A stretch of 64,000 nucleotides of DNA from an uncultured Planctomycetaceae bacterium (GCA_963815195.1 CAWFGE010000021.1:32001-96000); one strand, 5' to 3'; positions 21,941-33,543 are shown, counted from the stretch's first letter. Numbers and translations are program-made. Notes: generated from the sequence alone by a model not told the origin.

Positions 21941-24252
21941 CTACTTTGAGTTCCCACGCGTCACGTAAACCGGCGAGCTCCAGGCTTTGGCGCGATCGAC
22001 TTGGATCACCCGCACCCAATACGGGCAGATGCCTTCCACGGGTTCGTCATCGCGGAACTCCAGTGCTACGGAGCGGGCGGCCGTTGCGCAAGGAGCCGGT
22101 CCGATCGAGACTCGCCGGCCCACGCCGCCCGCATCGACTTCCAAAGCGGTCTCGCGAACATCGCCCAAGGAAAAATCGAAAGAGCAGGGTTCGGTTTCAA
22201 ACCGCCCCCGCGCGGAGCGGTCGCCCTCCACTTCCAAGAGAAGGCCCGCATCGTTCCCCGCGGTGCACGATTGCCAGGACACGCGGCCGGGCGAATCCCG
22301 CTGCACGGCGTCGAGCGGGCTATGAAAACCAATGGGTTCCGCGCGGGTGATCGATGCCCCATCGATCAAGAGCGAGCCGTTCCAGTTTTGTTTCTGGAGC
22401 CGGGCGGTGCCGCGCTTGGCGGTGCCGCTCCACAGGACGCGAATCCGCCCCGAAGAGGCCGGCTCCAAGGGAGCCAGGTTCCAGGCGTGAATCACTTCGG
22501 TGCCCCGCAGAAAATCGACCCGCTCGATGGCGGCGGTTCCTGCGACGGCGATCCGAATCGACGGCGCGCGGGAAACCTGGACCGCGGATCCCATCGCGTG
22601 GCCTTCGACGGTCACCGAAAGGAGAATCCGCTCGCCGGTGGTCGCGTAGCATCGGCGGGCGGAGAGAGCTTCCCAGAGGGATTCGCGCGTGAGTTCTTCC
22701 GCGAGCACGGCCGTCAATCCGTTCGGAACATTTCGCATGACCCGCGAGCCCGGCCGGCAAGCACCGGGCCGGCCCATCACGCCGTCGGTGCCCGCGGTGA
22801 TTCCGACCTGGTATCCGCGATTCAGACAGTCCATCACAAACCATTCGGAGGTCCCGTGGGTGGAATGGATCTCGGCCAGGCGTTCGATGGCCGGCTCGTG
22901 CCAGTCCAGGTTCGTCATCCGCCCGCCCACGTGCATGTTGATGAGCACATCCTGATCGCGAAACGCGCGGTGAAAGTCGGGGGCGGTCGGAATGTCCGGT
23001 TCGGGATCGGGGTTTGTTTCCACGAAAAACCGGGCCGACCGGCGGAGGCGGGGCTCATCCTGGCGATAGAACACGTTCCGGTCGCCGCCGTCGCGAGTGG
23101 GCGGACTCCATTCGCAGCCGAGAAACGTCACATACCGCCCCGGCTCGTAAAACGCATCGGTCTCGGTCCGCGAAAATTCCCAGTCGGCCCGCGTCACATA
23201 ATGGTCGTTGGGCTGATGCGTGATGAACTCTAAGCCCGCAATGTCCCGCCCGAAGGCATAATGCTCAGCCAGCGAACCGGCTCCGCAACCGATGTCGCAT
23301 TGCCCCGCATGCAGATCGCCCCAGAACACCGACCGCTCGGGAGGCTCCGTGTGGATGCGAAACGGATTACTCACGGCTTTCAATCCTGAGCCCTTAATCT
23401 CCGCGACGATCCGATCAATCCCCGGGCATCGGCCAGAATCGCCGCATGGTACGCCCGGCCGTCCGCGGTCTTCTTGATGTCTTCAATCACCGCGGCCCGA
23501 TTGTCTTCTTCAAATGACAGCGCCGGCGGTTCATCGAGAACCGCAGCGTTGCCCCAACAATCCTCCGCGCGGACGATGATGCAAGATGTTTCCCCGACAA
23601 CCAGATCGGATGGAGCCACGGCAATGAGCTTCACCGGTTCGCGGGGGACCGTTTTCGCGGTTTGGGATTGCGGGCCGACGAGTTCCGTCCATTGGTCGGT
23701 CCCGGCGGGATCGATGAGCAAGAGAAAGCTTATCTCGTCAGCGGCCAACGTGGGTGCGCGCCAACCGGGACTGCCCGCGCTCTGGTCGCCGCACACCAGC
23801 CGCACGCAATCGCCCGCGGCCAGCTCCCCGCGGGTGACTTTCAGTTTGAGCGCGTGGTTGTAGGGTTCAATCCCGCCATAGGCGTTGTAGTGCGCTTGAA
23901 GCTCCGCCGGCTCCGCGTTGTCTTTCGCCGACTCCACCGAGAGGCTGAGGTATCCTTGCTGCGCCGGGTCGTTCGTTTGCAAATCGGACCAGTCGTAAGC
24001 CCACCGCCACATGAGCGCGAGTTGTCCGCCCGCGGGAATCGTCTGCGCGGCGATGTGGTATTCCACAACCACGGTCGTCAAGTCGCCCGCCGGGATCCGG
24101 CTGGGCATCCGCACCACGCCAAAGCCGTGCGCCGTCTTCCGCGCGGCGTCGTCGAGTTCCCAGGCGTGCCAGATGTTTGGCCGGCCGGCCCCGTAGCCGG
24201 TCCGCAGAATGCCTCGGTCTTTCAAGTCGTTTTTGTGTGTTCTCATGGGCAT
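21941..24252 (-). CDS. DUF3604-family PHP-like metallohydrolase, frameshifted near 23390
   Basis: FWGDLHAGQ, FLGCEWS, GDRNVFY, EIHSTHG, AGTDG, NGLTAV, RRCYATTGERI, WSSPVYV. Confidence 0.8.
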
Positions 24253-24429
24253 GACTTCTGATTCGCTTCCAAAATCACGGTTTGGTAAGACACTTTGCAC
24301 TTTGCACTTTAACACGTTTTTCGCGGCTTTTGGAACGCTCCGATGTCGGAAGCGGCCCCTTCGCTGTATAGTGGCTGAAAACGTGGGGAGGGATTTCCTC
24401 GAAGAACATCTCCAATCGCTGCGCCCATC

Positions 24430-26121
24430 ATGAGTCGAACCGCCGACGATGTTTTCCTGCCCGATCCCGACCAGAATCGGCCGACCCGCGTGCGCTATCG
24501 CGTGCTCGCGGTCACGTTCGCGATGGCGTTCATCCTGTACCTGCACCGCTTCTGCATGTCCTATGCGCAGCGCTACGTGAAGGAAGACCTGGGGCTCTCG
24601 AACGACGAACTCAGCCTGTGCTTCTCGGCGTTTTTCTTCAGCTACGCCCTCGCGCAGGTTCCGTCCGGCTGGATGAGCGACCGCTTCGGCGCAAGATTGA
24701 TGCTGACGATCTACATCGTCGTATGGTCGCTGTGCACGGCGTGGATGGGTTGGGCAATGGGGTTTGTCTCGCTCTTGATAATCCGCCTCGCGACGGGTTT
24801 GGGACAGGCGGGCGCCTACCCGACCGCGGCAGCGCTCATTCCGCATTGGGTGCCCAATTCCGTCCGCGGCTCGGCGAGCGGATTTGTCGCCTGGGGCGGC
24901 CGGCTGGGCGGCGGCCTGGCGCCCGTGTTGACGACGAGCCTGATCGCGTTCTTTGTCCCGCTCGATTCTTCGCCGCTGTTGACCCAAGCGTCCTTATTGA
25001 ACGAAGCCGCGCTGCGCGAGCAAATCGACGACGCCGATAGCGAACCGCTGTCGTCCGAGGCCTCGACAGGAATCCCGGGCGATCAAGCGGCGCTTGAGCG
25101 GCTGGTCGCGCACCGGCTGGCCGCTGAGTCGGGGTCGCTGCTCCAGCGGCTCAATGCTCTGATTGAAAACGACAAGCCGCTATTGGCGGGCGATGTGCCG
25201 AACGTGCCGTTGGAGCGGGAAGCCCGCCGGCTGCTTCGGCAGGATTCGCTCGCGCCCGGGAGGTGCACCGCTTGAACCGGCTGGTTCTCGAAGCCGCGTT
25301 TCCCGAAGCCATCGGCAAACTTTACGTTCGCGGCTGGCGTCCGGTGATGTGGACGTTCGGCGGCTTGGGGCTCGTTGTGGCCGGCTTGTTCTGGTGCGTG
25401 TTCCGGAACCGGCCTTCCGAACATTCCGGGTGCAACGTCCAGGAACAGGAACTCATTCGCTCGGGGCGGGCTGTTCCCGATCGCCCCCAACCGGAAAGGC
25501 GATTGGAACGGCCGCCGATGCGGGCGATCCTCACCAGCCGGAGCCTGTGGCTGATGTGCATCGCCCAATGGGGATCGAACATCGGCTGGGTGTTTCTCGT
25601 GACCTGGCTGCCCCGGTTTCTTCTCGAGGAGCATGCGGTCCCGCTGTTGATGCGCGGCTGGATGTGCGCGGTCCCGTTGTGGGTCGGCTGGGGCGGGATG
25701 CTCTGGGGCGGCCGATTGTCCGACGTGATGGTCCAGCGGATCGGCCTGCGGTGGGGGCGGATCATGCCGCTCGCCAGCGGGCGGTTTGTGGCGATGACCG
25801 CCTACTTGTTCTGCCTGTTCCATCCGTCGGCGTGGACGTTGACAGACTCTGTTCGCCGTCGTCGCGTTCTCGAACGATTTGGGGAACGCCTCGTCCTGGG
25901 CCTACAAGCAAGACGTGGGCGGGCGGCACATCGGCTCGATCCACGGCTGGGCCAACATGTGGGGCAACCTGGGTGCGACGCTTTCCCCGCTGATCCTCAA
26001 CCAACTCGTTAGCAACTGGAGCTGGGACGCGGCCTTTTTGGCCTGCGCGGGAGCCTATTTCCTCTCGGCCCTCGCGACCCTCGGCGTCGATGCGACGATT
26101 CCCATTGGCGGTGAGGATTAG
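24430..26121 (+). CDS. MFS transporter (anion:cation symporter/hexuronate type) with a large loop insert, two frameshifts
   Basis: PTRVRYRVL, YLHRFC, QVPSGWMSDRFGAR, VTWLP, GWANMWGNLG; multiple TM helices. Confidence 0.88.
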
Positions 26122-26156
26122 GAACAATTCCATCCGCATGCCCCTCGGGCCTGGTA

Positions 26157-26837
26157 TTAGAGCGAGGCAGTCCGATCACCCCAACGCGCATCGACCGAGG
26201 GGGCCATCAGATGATCGCGATCGTATTCCAACACGGACGCCACATAATCGTGTCCCGCGTTTTCCAAGTCGGAAATCTTCTGGTTAAAGACGGCGATCAC
26301 GCGATCATAAACGTCCGCTGCGCTCAAACCGTCGGCAAAGGCGCGATCGATTTCCGAATCACATTGAAAGAAAATATCCGAGTATGGCATGTTAAACGTG
26401 AAGTTTTGGTCGTACCCGAAATAGGCCCGGCAACCGTTGGCGACGAAATCCGGTCCAAGCTTCGCCGCCGTTTGGCAGGAGAGAAAATGCACGAGCTTGC
26501 CTTGGGCCTCGTCGGGCTGATAGTTTCCCACATCGAAAATGGGGTCGTAATGATCGCCCGTGTAAGTCGAGTAACTCCCGTGCCCGACGCCCGTCATATA
26601 AACCACGTCATTTCGGCGGGCTTCGGGCGCGACATAAATTCGCCGGGCCAGGAGGCCCTGACAGCGAATCAGCTGATAGCCTTTGGATTCGAGGTAGGGA
26701 TAAACGTGCTGCTCTCGATATTCGAAGGCGGCCTTGGTGACCGGTTCGTAATTCGAGTCGATCGCGAGCACGAATAAATCCACGTCCAATTCCACGCGCC
26801 GCGTTTTGGCGGAGCGTTTTTTCTTTTTTTTGCCCAT
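26157..26837 (-). CDS. Putative clan CD (caspase/gingipain-fold) cysteine peptidase
   Basis: VVYMTGVGHG and LVHFLSC dyad motifs about 35 aa apart, followed by AYFGY. Confidence 0.6.
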   Translation of the reverse strand: MGKKKKKRSAKTRRVELDVDLFVLAIDSNYEPVTKAAFEYREQHVYPYLESKGYQLIRCQGLLARRIYVAPEARRNDVVYMTGVGHGSYSTYTGDHYDPIFDVGNYQPDEAQGKLVHFLSCQTAAKLGPDFVANGCRAYFGYDQNFTFNMPYSDIFFQCDSEIDRAFADGLSAADVYDRVIAVFNQKISDLENAGHDYVASVLEYDRDHLMAPSVDARWGDRTASL

Positions 26838-27188
26838 TCAGGAGCCCCCTTCACTGGCGCGTTTCAGCATGCGGGAAATCATGCGCTGTTCAATTTCGAT
26901 CAACGTGCGCCCGACGGCTGTGTTGGCGCGAACTTCCTGAATGGCCCGCTGCTTGTCCACGACGCCGGGCCCAATCATGGACAACTCGAATTCGGGCTGC
27001 CGTTCGATGCGCTCGGCGACGAGTTTCGCCTGTTGATCCAGAGACATCTGGCCGAACGACAGCGCAGCCGCCTTTTGCTCGACCGCCTCCTTCAAAGTCA
27101 CCCACGCACCGTCGGGCGTCATGGAAACGGGAAGGTCCAATTGCGCCTTGGGGATTTCCGGTGTTTTGTTGGTTTTCTTCTTACCCAT
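26838..27188 (-). CDS. Hypothetical protein translationally coupled to the putative peptidase
   Basis: 116 aa; GGAG RBS; its stop TGA abuts the next ATG. Confidence 0.75.
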   Translation of the reverse strand: MGKKKTNKTPEIPKAQLDLPVSMTPDGAWVTLKEAVEQKAAALSFGQMSLDQQAKLVAERIERQPEFELSMIGPGVVDKQRAIQEVRANTAVGRTLIEIEQRMISRMLKRASEGGS

Positions 27189-27348
27189 GACGATCTCCGT
27201 GATTGGGCAACCTCGACCTCGCCTCGATCAAGAAATGCGGCTGGCGACTCACCCCACCTATATCCATTTGATCGTAACACGCAAACCTTCGAGATCAAGA
27301 AGATTTTGACCGTTCACGACGTGATCGAATGCGGAAAGCAGAGCGAGG

Positions 27349-28704
27349 CTACAAATCGATCCCCAGTTCTTCGATCTTGCGGTACAGACTGGAAAGGCCG
27401 AGTTTCAGGCGTTTGGCGGCTTCGCGCTTGTCGGGGCATTGGCGAAGGACGCGGGTGATGTGCAATCGCTCGTAATGCCTGAGCGCGGAGCGAAGCTCGT
27501 CGTTGTTCGGCAAGGGGCCGCCTAAGCCCAGGAGTTCCGGCGGCAGGTCTTTGGGGCCGATCCGCTCGCCGTCGCACATCATCACCGCCCGTTCGATGGC
27601 GTTGTCGAGCTGGCGGACGTTGCCTTTCCACTCGGCCGACATCAACAGCCGGATCGTTTCGCTCGTGGCCCCGATGACGCGCTTGCCCATCGACATCGAA
27701 TGTTTGCCGATGAAAAACTCGACCAGTTCCGGAATGTCGTCCAGGCGTTCGCGCAAGGGCGGAATATGGATCCGCATGCCGTTGAGCCGGTAAAACAGGT
27801 CTTCTTGAAATCGGCCGTCGGCGACGTCCTGCATCAAGTCGTGCGTGGTCGAGGCGATGATGCGGGCTTTGACCTGGGCCGTCTCGGAACCGCCGACGGG
27901 CATGATTTCCTGATACTCGATCGCCCGCAGCAGTTCCCCTTGAATGCCGGAAGGCAGGAGGGTGACTTCATCGAAATACACCGTGCCTTCGCCGGCGTGG
28001 CGGAAGAGGCCGGGCTGATCGCCGTTGGTGCCGGGCCGGCCTTGCGAGCCGAAGAGTCGGCTTTCCAGAAGCTCGACCGGGCGGGCGCCGCAGTTGACGG
28101 CGAGGAATTTCTCCTCGCGCTTGGGGCCGGCGGTGTGGATCGCCCGCGCGAAAAGCTCCTTCCCGGTGCCCGTCTCTCCCACGAGCAGCACGTTCGCATT
28201 CGTGGCGGCGACTTTGCGGATCGTCTCGTGCAGCTCCATCAGAGCCCGGCTGCTGCCGATGATCCGGTCCAAGCCCACGTGCCGGGCCAGTTCCCGGCGG
28301 AGGTATTGATTTTCCAAATGCAGCTCGCGGTAGCGAAACAGCCGTTCGAGCTTATTGTGGAGGTCCTGGAAGATCACCGGCTTGGTGAGGTAATCGAAGG
28401 CCCCGGCTTTGAAGGCTTCGACCGCGCTTTCCACCGTCGCATAGGCGGTGATGATGAGGACGAACGTGTCCATGTGCAGTTGCTGGAGGCGCCTGAGCAC
28501 CGCGATGCCGTCGCCGTCGGGCAGTTGGATGTCGCAGATGGCGACGTCGAAATCGCGTTCGCGGGCGTGTTGGAAGGCGTCTTCGGCAGTGGCCGCAGTC
28601 GCGACAAAAAAACCGCGGTCCGTCAGAAATTCTTGCAGGCTCTGACGGATAATGTCTTCGTCTTCGACAATCAAAATGGAACGGGAAGCTCTCATGGGAT
28701 TCAT
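27349..28704 (-). CDS. NtrC-family response regulator (REC-AAA-HTH) lacking the GAFTGA motif
   Basis: ILIVEDE, CDIQLPDGDG, GETGTGKE, DLFYRL, WKGNVRQL, and a Fis-type HTH (SSLYRKI). Confidence 0.93.
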   Translation of the reverse strand: MNPMRASRSILIVEDEDIIRQSLQEFLTDRGFFVATAATAEDAFQHARERDFDVAICDIQLPDGDGIAVLRRLQQLHMDTFVLIITAYATVESAVEAFKAGAFDYLTKPVIFQDLHNKLERLFRYRELHLENQYLRRELARHVGLDRIIGSSRALMELHETIRKVAATNANVLLVGETGTGKELFARAIHTAGPKREEKFLAVNCGARPVELLESRLFGSQGRPGTNGDQPGLFRHAGEGTVYFDEVTLLPSGIQGELLRAIEYQEIMPVGGSETAQVKARIIASTTHDLMQDVADGRFQEDLFYRLNGMRIHIPPLRERLDDIPELVEFFIGKHSMSMGKRVIGATSETIRLLMSAEWKGNVRQLDNAIERAVMMCDGERIGPKDLPPELLGLGGPLPNNDELRSALRHYERLHITRVLRQCPDKREAAKRLKLGLSSLYRKIEELGIDL

Positions 28705-28770
28705 TTTACGCTTTGAGTGGAACGGCGCTAAAGTCGGTGTGCGCGATTTTTCGAGGTTCCAAATGACGGA

Positions 28771-29060
28771 AAAAGGACCGAAGGTCCGGCTCTATGTCAG
28801 CCCAGGACGCAGTCCTGGGGAACGGGAACGAACAAAATGCAAAAGCCCCAGCGGGGCGGGCCTAAATGAATTTCGCAATCCTTCAGCCATACTTTTCAAG
28901 AACGCAACGTGGATGAGGACGCTCGCGACGGATTGCGTTATTGCAAATCTCTGGTTTAGGGCCGCCCCTCTGGGGCTTTTGTATTTCATGAATCACCCGT
29001 AACCCAGGCCGGCGCTGCGCTTGGCCTGGGCTGACATAGCGCCGGGCCTTTGACCCGAAA
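28771..29060. repeat. About 290-bp nested-palindrome REP/MITE-like element, copy 1
   Basis: Outer arms GGACCGAAGGTCCGGCTCTATGTCAGCCCAGG / CCTGGGCTGACATAGCGCCGGGCCTTTGACCC; inner arms AAAAGCCCCAGCGGGGCGGGCCTAAA / TTTAGGGCCGCCCCTCTGGGGCTTTT. Confidence 0.85.
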
Positions 29061-29229
29061 TCCTTGTGCTCTCGACGTCTCGTTTGCTCACATAGCCGGG
29101 GGTTTCGTGCTTCGGATTTACGTCGGAAAACTTGCAGAATTGCGCACGGTGATTTAGCCGCCGGTTTTGTTTGCGGAACCGGCTCGCGCCGTGCCGCTCA
29201 TTTCTGACAGCCTCATAACGCTAAGTGCT

Positions 29230-30600
29230 TTACGTCGCAGGAACCGTTTTGGGCCGGGCGTCTTCGCTGGGAAGCGGTTCGACATTGGGATGGCTTTGGA
29301 TTTCCACGCTCGTAAAGCACACGGTGATGATCGTGCCCTCCGGCGAGGAGTCGGTGAGTTCGATCCGGCCGCTGCCGGATTCCTCCAGGATGTGCCGGCA
29401 CACAAACAGGCCGAGGCCCGTGCCCGCGGGCTTGGTCGTGTAGTAGGGTTGGAAAATCTGACCGCGGTCGGCTTCGGGGATGCCGCAGCCGTCGTCGGCG
29501 ACGATCACGCGGATCTCGCCGTCTTTAAGACAGGTCGAGATCTCCACGCCGCCGCCTTCCTGGGTGGCGTCGAGGGCGTTTAAGATCAAATTCAAAAACA
29601 CCTGCACCCATTGATCCTTGAGCCCGCACAACTTGGGCAGGCCGTTCGCATAGCGGGTCACGATTCGCCGGCCTTTTTTGCGCTTGTAATATTTGGCGAT
29701 GCTGAGCGCGGCTTCGACGACGGTGTGCACCTCGCAGCGGGTGGCCTCCGTGTTTGCGGGCCGGCTGAAATCGACGAGTTCCCCCAGAATCCGCTGGATC
29801 CGCCGGAGCTGCTCGTCGACCATGTTCAAACGCGTACGGGTGTAGTCGTCGTCGTGCTTCATGTTCAAAAGCTGCACGAGCGAACTGATCGACGCCAGCG
29901 GATTGCCGACTTCGTGCGCGATCCCTGCCGCGAGCAAACCAAACGCCGCCTGCTTTTCGTGCTGGACAATCAGGGCCTGCGATTCCTGGAGTTCCTGCGT
30001 GCGTTCGAGAATCCGCTGCTCCAAGAGGGCCTGGTTTCCCTGCAGCTCCTCGTTGAGGTCGGCGAGCTTTTGCTCGGCGGTTTTGATGAGTCCCGAGAGT
30101 GCCACGCTGGCCCACGTCACCCAGCCCATGAGCACCAACAGCACGAGTTGATTGGTGAGCGAATCCCCGCTTTGGAGCGTGCCGCCGGTGACCATCAGCG
30201 TGACATAGCTCGCCGCGTGGAGGCCGTAAGTCGCATAGGTGATCTGCGGCGCGTAGCGGATCGCGCACACGAGCAGCGAGAGGAAATAATAAAAGCGGAA
30301 CGGGCTGTGCGGGCCGGTGTCGAAGTAGCACAGAAGCCCGATGAACACGGCTTCCATCAGCGAGATCAACAGCGGGACATCGCTCAAAAAGATCCGGCCG
30401 CGGTAGCTGTACCACGCATCCAAAATCGCATAAACCGCCCCCAGGGTGAGGATCGCGTTCAGCTCGAGTTGATGCGTGCCGGGGCTGACGAAATTGACCA
30501 GCACGTATCCCACGCACAATCCGAACCAGCGGATGCGGACAGTGATCGCCTCGGCGGCGAGATCCCAGGGAAAGGTTTTGCGGGCAGCGGACGAAAACAC
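29230..30600 (-). CDS. Membrane sensor histidine kinase (NtrB-like)
   Basis: Multi-TM N-terminus; AGIAHEVGNPL, QVFLNLILNA, DDGCGI, YYTTKPAGTGLGL. Confidence 0.93.
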   Translation of the reverse strand: MFSSAARKTFPWDLAAEAITVRIRWFGLCVGYVLVNFVSPGTHQLELNAILTLGAVYAILDAWYSYRGRIFLSDVPLLISLMEAVFIGLLCYFDTGPHSPFRFYYFLSLLVCAIRYAPQITYATYGLHAASYVTLMVTGGTLQSGDSLTNQLVLLVLMGWVTWASVALSGLIKTAEQKLADLNEELQGNQALLEQRILERTQELQESQALIVQHEKQAAFGLLAAGIAHEVGNPLASISSLVQLLNMKHDDDYTRTRLNMVDEQLRRIQRILGELVDFSRPANTEATRCEVHTVVEAALSIAKYYKRKKGRRIVTRYANGLPKLCGLKDQWVQVFLNLILNALDATQEGGGVEISTCLKDGEIRVIVADDGCGIPEADRGQIFQPYYTTKPAGTGLGLFVCRHILEESGSGRIELTDSSPEGTIITVCFTSVEIQSHPNVEPLPSEDARPKTVPAT

Positions 30601-30718
30601 AGCAGGCCACTCACGAGGAGCACTGAAGGGAGTCGGACTCTTCTATTATAGAAACCCCGCCGGGCAAAACCACTGCCAGGGCGCGAGCGAAACGCCTCCC
30701 GGTGCACGAGGGCGGCGT

Positions 30719-33395
30719 TCACTTAAGACGCATAAATATGCCAGTCTTTTTCGACGCGTTCTTTGCGCCGGACGGCAGGACGGTCGGATTCTCGAGAATC
30801 TTCTGCACCGCTTCGTCCAGCCCCTTTGCGGCGCCGGGTTTCTTTTCGCCCGGCCTGGTTTTCGAAAACAGGTCGCCGATCTTCTTCACCGACTCGTCCA
30901 GGTCTTTTCCGGTTGAGTGTTTGCCGTTGGATTCGAGATGAGTGATTCCGGGAGGCGGGCCGGCGAGCTTTTCCAACTGCTCCCGGCAATACGCCTGGCC
31001 GCGGATTCTCCAGATCGTCGCCAGGCTTTCCAAAAGCAGTTCGCGCGAAGGCGTGCCTTGCTCCTGGCGGATCTGTTCGATCATTTGGGGGACGGCGGGA
31101 TTCTTGGCCTGTTCGCCCAAGAGGAGCGTCAGCCGGGCGAATTCATCGTCGTCCAACTGGCGGACGGCATTCCCCAGGGACCGCACCAGATCCGAGAGCA
31201 GCGATTCCGCCGGCAGCAAGTGATCCATTTCCCGGCGGAAGTCGTCTTCGCCGAGCTTCTTCAAGCCGGCCCGCGCGAACTTCTGCCCGAAGCCGCGGTT
31301 GAGAAAGCCGAACACCCGGCTCGCGTACCAGCACGTCAACGGGCCGACCTCCGGCCTCTCCGGCAAGCGGTTGAGATTCAGGCCCGCTTCCAGAAATCGC
31401 CCGCGGCACATAAGAGCCAGGTTCCACGCCACGCGGGAGGGCCCCGACTCCGGCGGCACCATGAGCGCGTGCAGTCCATAAGCGTGCCGCGCGAGTTCCT
31501 TCCCCAGCCCGAAGGGCACGACTTTCTCCAAGCCGAACAGGCTGATATCCTCGGACGACAGGGGCAGGTGAAACGGGTTCGGTTCGTCCGACCGGGCATT
31601 CCAGTCCACCCACAGGCGGTCCAAGGGCTGAATCGCGTCCAACTGCAAAAGCTTCAAGCCGACACCGATCGGCGGCGGTTCCTGGCCGGCGATTTGATAA
31701 AGACATTCCGCTTCCCCCAAGGCAAACTCCAGCATGCTGCTCACGGGCCGCTGCGGATTGAACGCGGGATGAAAGTTTTTCGTTTTCTCATCCATGTGCT
31801 TGACGAAGCGGTCAAACGCCCCGGCCTGAAAATACACCGCCCCCGTTTCCCGGTCGAGTTTGGGAACGGTCTCTTTTTTCAGTTTGGCGAGGTCCACCTT
31901 CGGGTCTTTCGGTCCGATGCTCTGGATGCGGCCGGTGTTGGCGTCCACTTTCACTTCCCCGTCCCCGGCGACAATGGAAACCACATCCCCGTCGCGACGG
32001 ATCTGGTTTTTGTCATCACGGAATTGGGCGATTGCCAGCGCGGGCGTGAGGTTGAACTGCCAGGCGAAGGGCCCCTCGCTATGCCGCTTGCTGCGATAAC
32101 CCGCGCCGAACATCATTCGGAAATGCCGGGTCGCCTCTTTCTTGTAACCAAAGTCCACCGATCCCACAAATTGTCCAGAGCCGCTTTGAATCCTGATTTG
32201 CCGGTGATGATGCCAGGACACGATGCGGGCCTCGTCTCCGCGAATGATCGCGGTGTACCGGAACGGCGGATGGTCGGGAATCGTCAGCTCCACATCGACG
32301 AAGACGCCTTTCCGCGGGGATGCCACCGCGAGAACGCGGATCTGCGAGGACTTGACCTTGTCCATGCGTCCCACGACGACGAGATCCTCTTCGCCGGCCT
32401 GGCTCCAGTCGATCAGCCACTCGGCCAATTTGATAAACGCGTTGTCATTCTCCGTCAATTCTTCGCCCAAGTAAGGGCCTTTGGGTTGTTCCACGACGCG
32501 GATCGCCAGGTCCGAAGGAGCGCCCGGCGCAATGGCGGGGAGCACGGCGACTTCCGCTTCCAGAAAGCAATGTGTGTCCTTGAGTTTCTGCTCCCACGTC
32601 AGCTTCTGCCGCAGGTCCATCGGCATGCCGGGTTTGATGTTCAGGAAATCCGTAATCTGCTCGGAGGTGTGATGCTCGAGGCCCTCGACCGTGATTTTGC
32701 CGATCGTGGCTTTGGGACCGAGGTCTTTAATGTGCACCAGCAAATCGGCCCGGCGGTTGTCGGTCGGTTTGAGCTCCGCATCGAACTCGGGGAAGAAATA
32801 CCCCTGGGCTTCCAAGCCGGCTTTGATCGACTTCTCGTAAACCTCGGCCGGCTTCCCAAAAAAGCTCGCGATTTTGTCTTTCGTAAAATGCGCGGCCCGG
32901 GACGTGTATTTGAAGGTGCCCAGTTTGATTTGATTCTCCGAATCTTTCGTCAGCGGGGACTGTTTGCTGCGGGAATCGGTGACATACCACTTCAGCAGCT
33001 TTTTGTCGATTTCGGCAGGGCCGTCGATGTGCACTTCGCCTTTTCGGTATTGCTCGCCTTCTTCGATGACGATGCGGATTTTCTGTCCGTGGACGCGGGC
33101 GGTCACCTTCGCGTTCGGGTAGCCACAGTTGCGGTAGCCTTCGGTCAATCGGCGCAGTGAGCGTTTCGAGATAGGATTTCAGATCCGCATGGCCATCGGC
33201 GGCCAGGAGCAAATCAAAATCCTTGAGGAGCGCCCTCTGGATTTGATTTTCGGGGAACGCTTTCACTCCCTCGAACTCGAGCGCCTGGACCTGGCCCAGC
33301 TTGCCAACCAGCTTCCCATCCCCGGAACCGTCTTCGGCCACAGCCGAAGTCACGAGCAGCAATAACCCCAGGCAAAACGTGGCGGTGCGAATCAT
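30719..33395 (-). CDS. Secreted POTRA-domain protein without a recognisable beta-barrel, frameshifted near 33150
   Basis: Signal peptide; POTRA-like repeats (LEFEGVKAFPENQI, GYPNAKV...IEEGEQY, GYFFPEF...IGKITVEGL). Confidence 0.6.
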
Positions 33396-33543
33396 CCTTG
33401 AATCTCCCCCTCATGAACTGTTCCAACAGGCCTGACAGCAAAACCGGCGGATTGTGGAACAAACGCTCTGCCCGGTCAACCCCATTTGCCCGAACCCCAC
33501 ACGCTTCCCATTCACCACGTGAGCTGAAGTCGCTCTCAAAACT

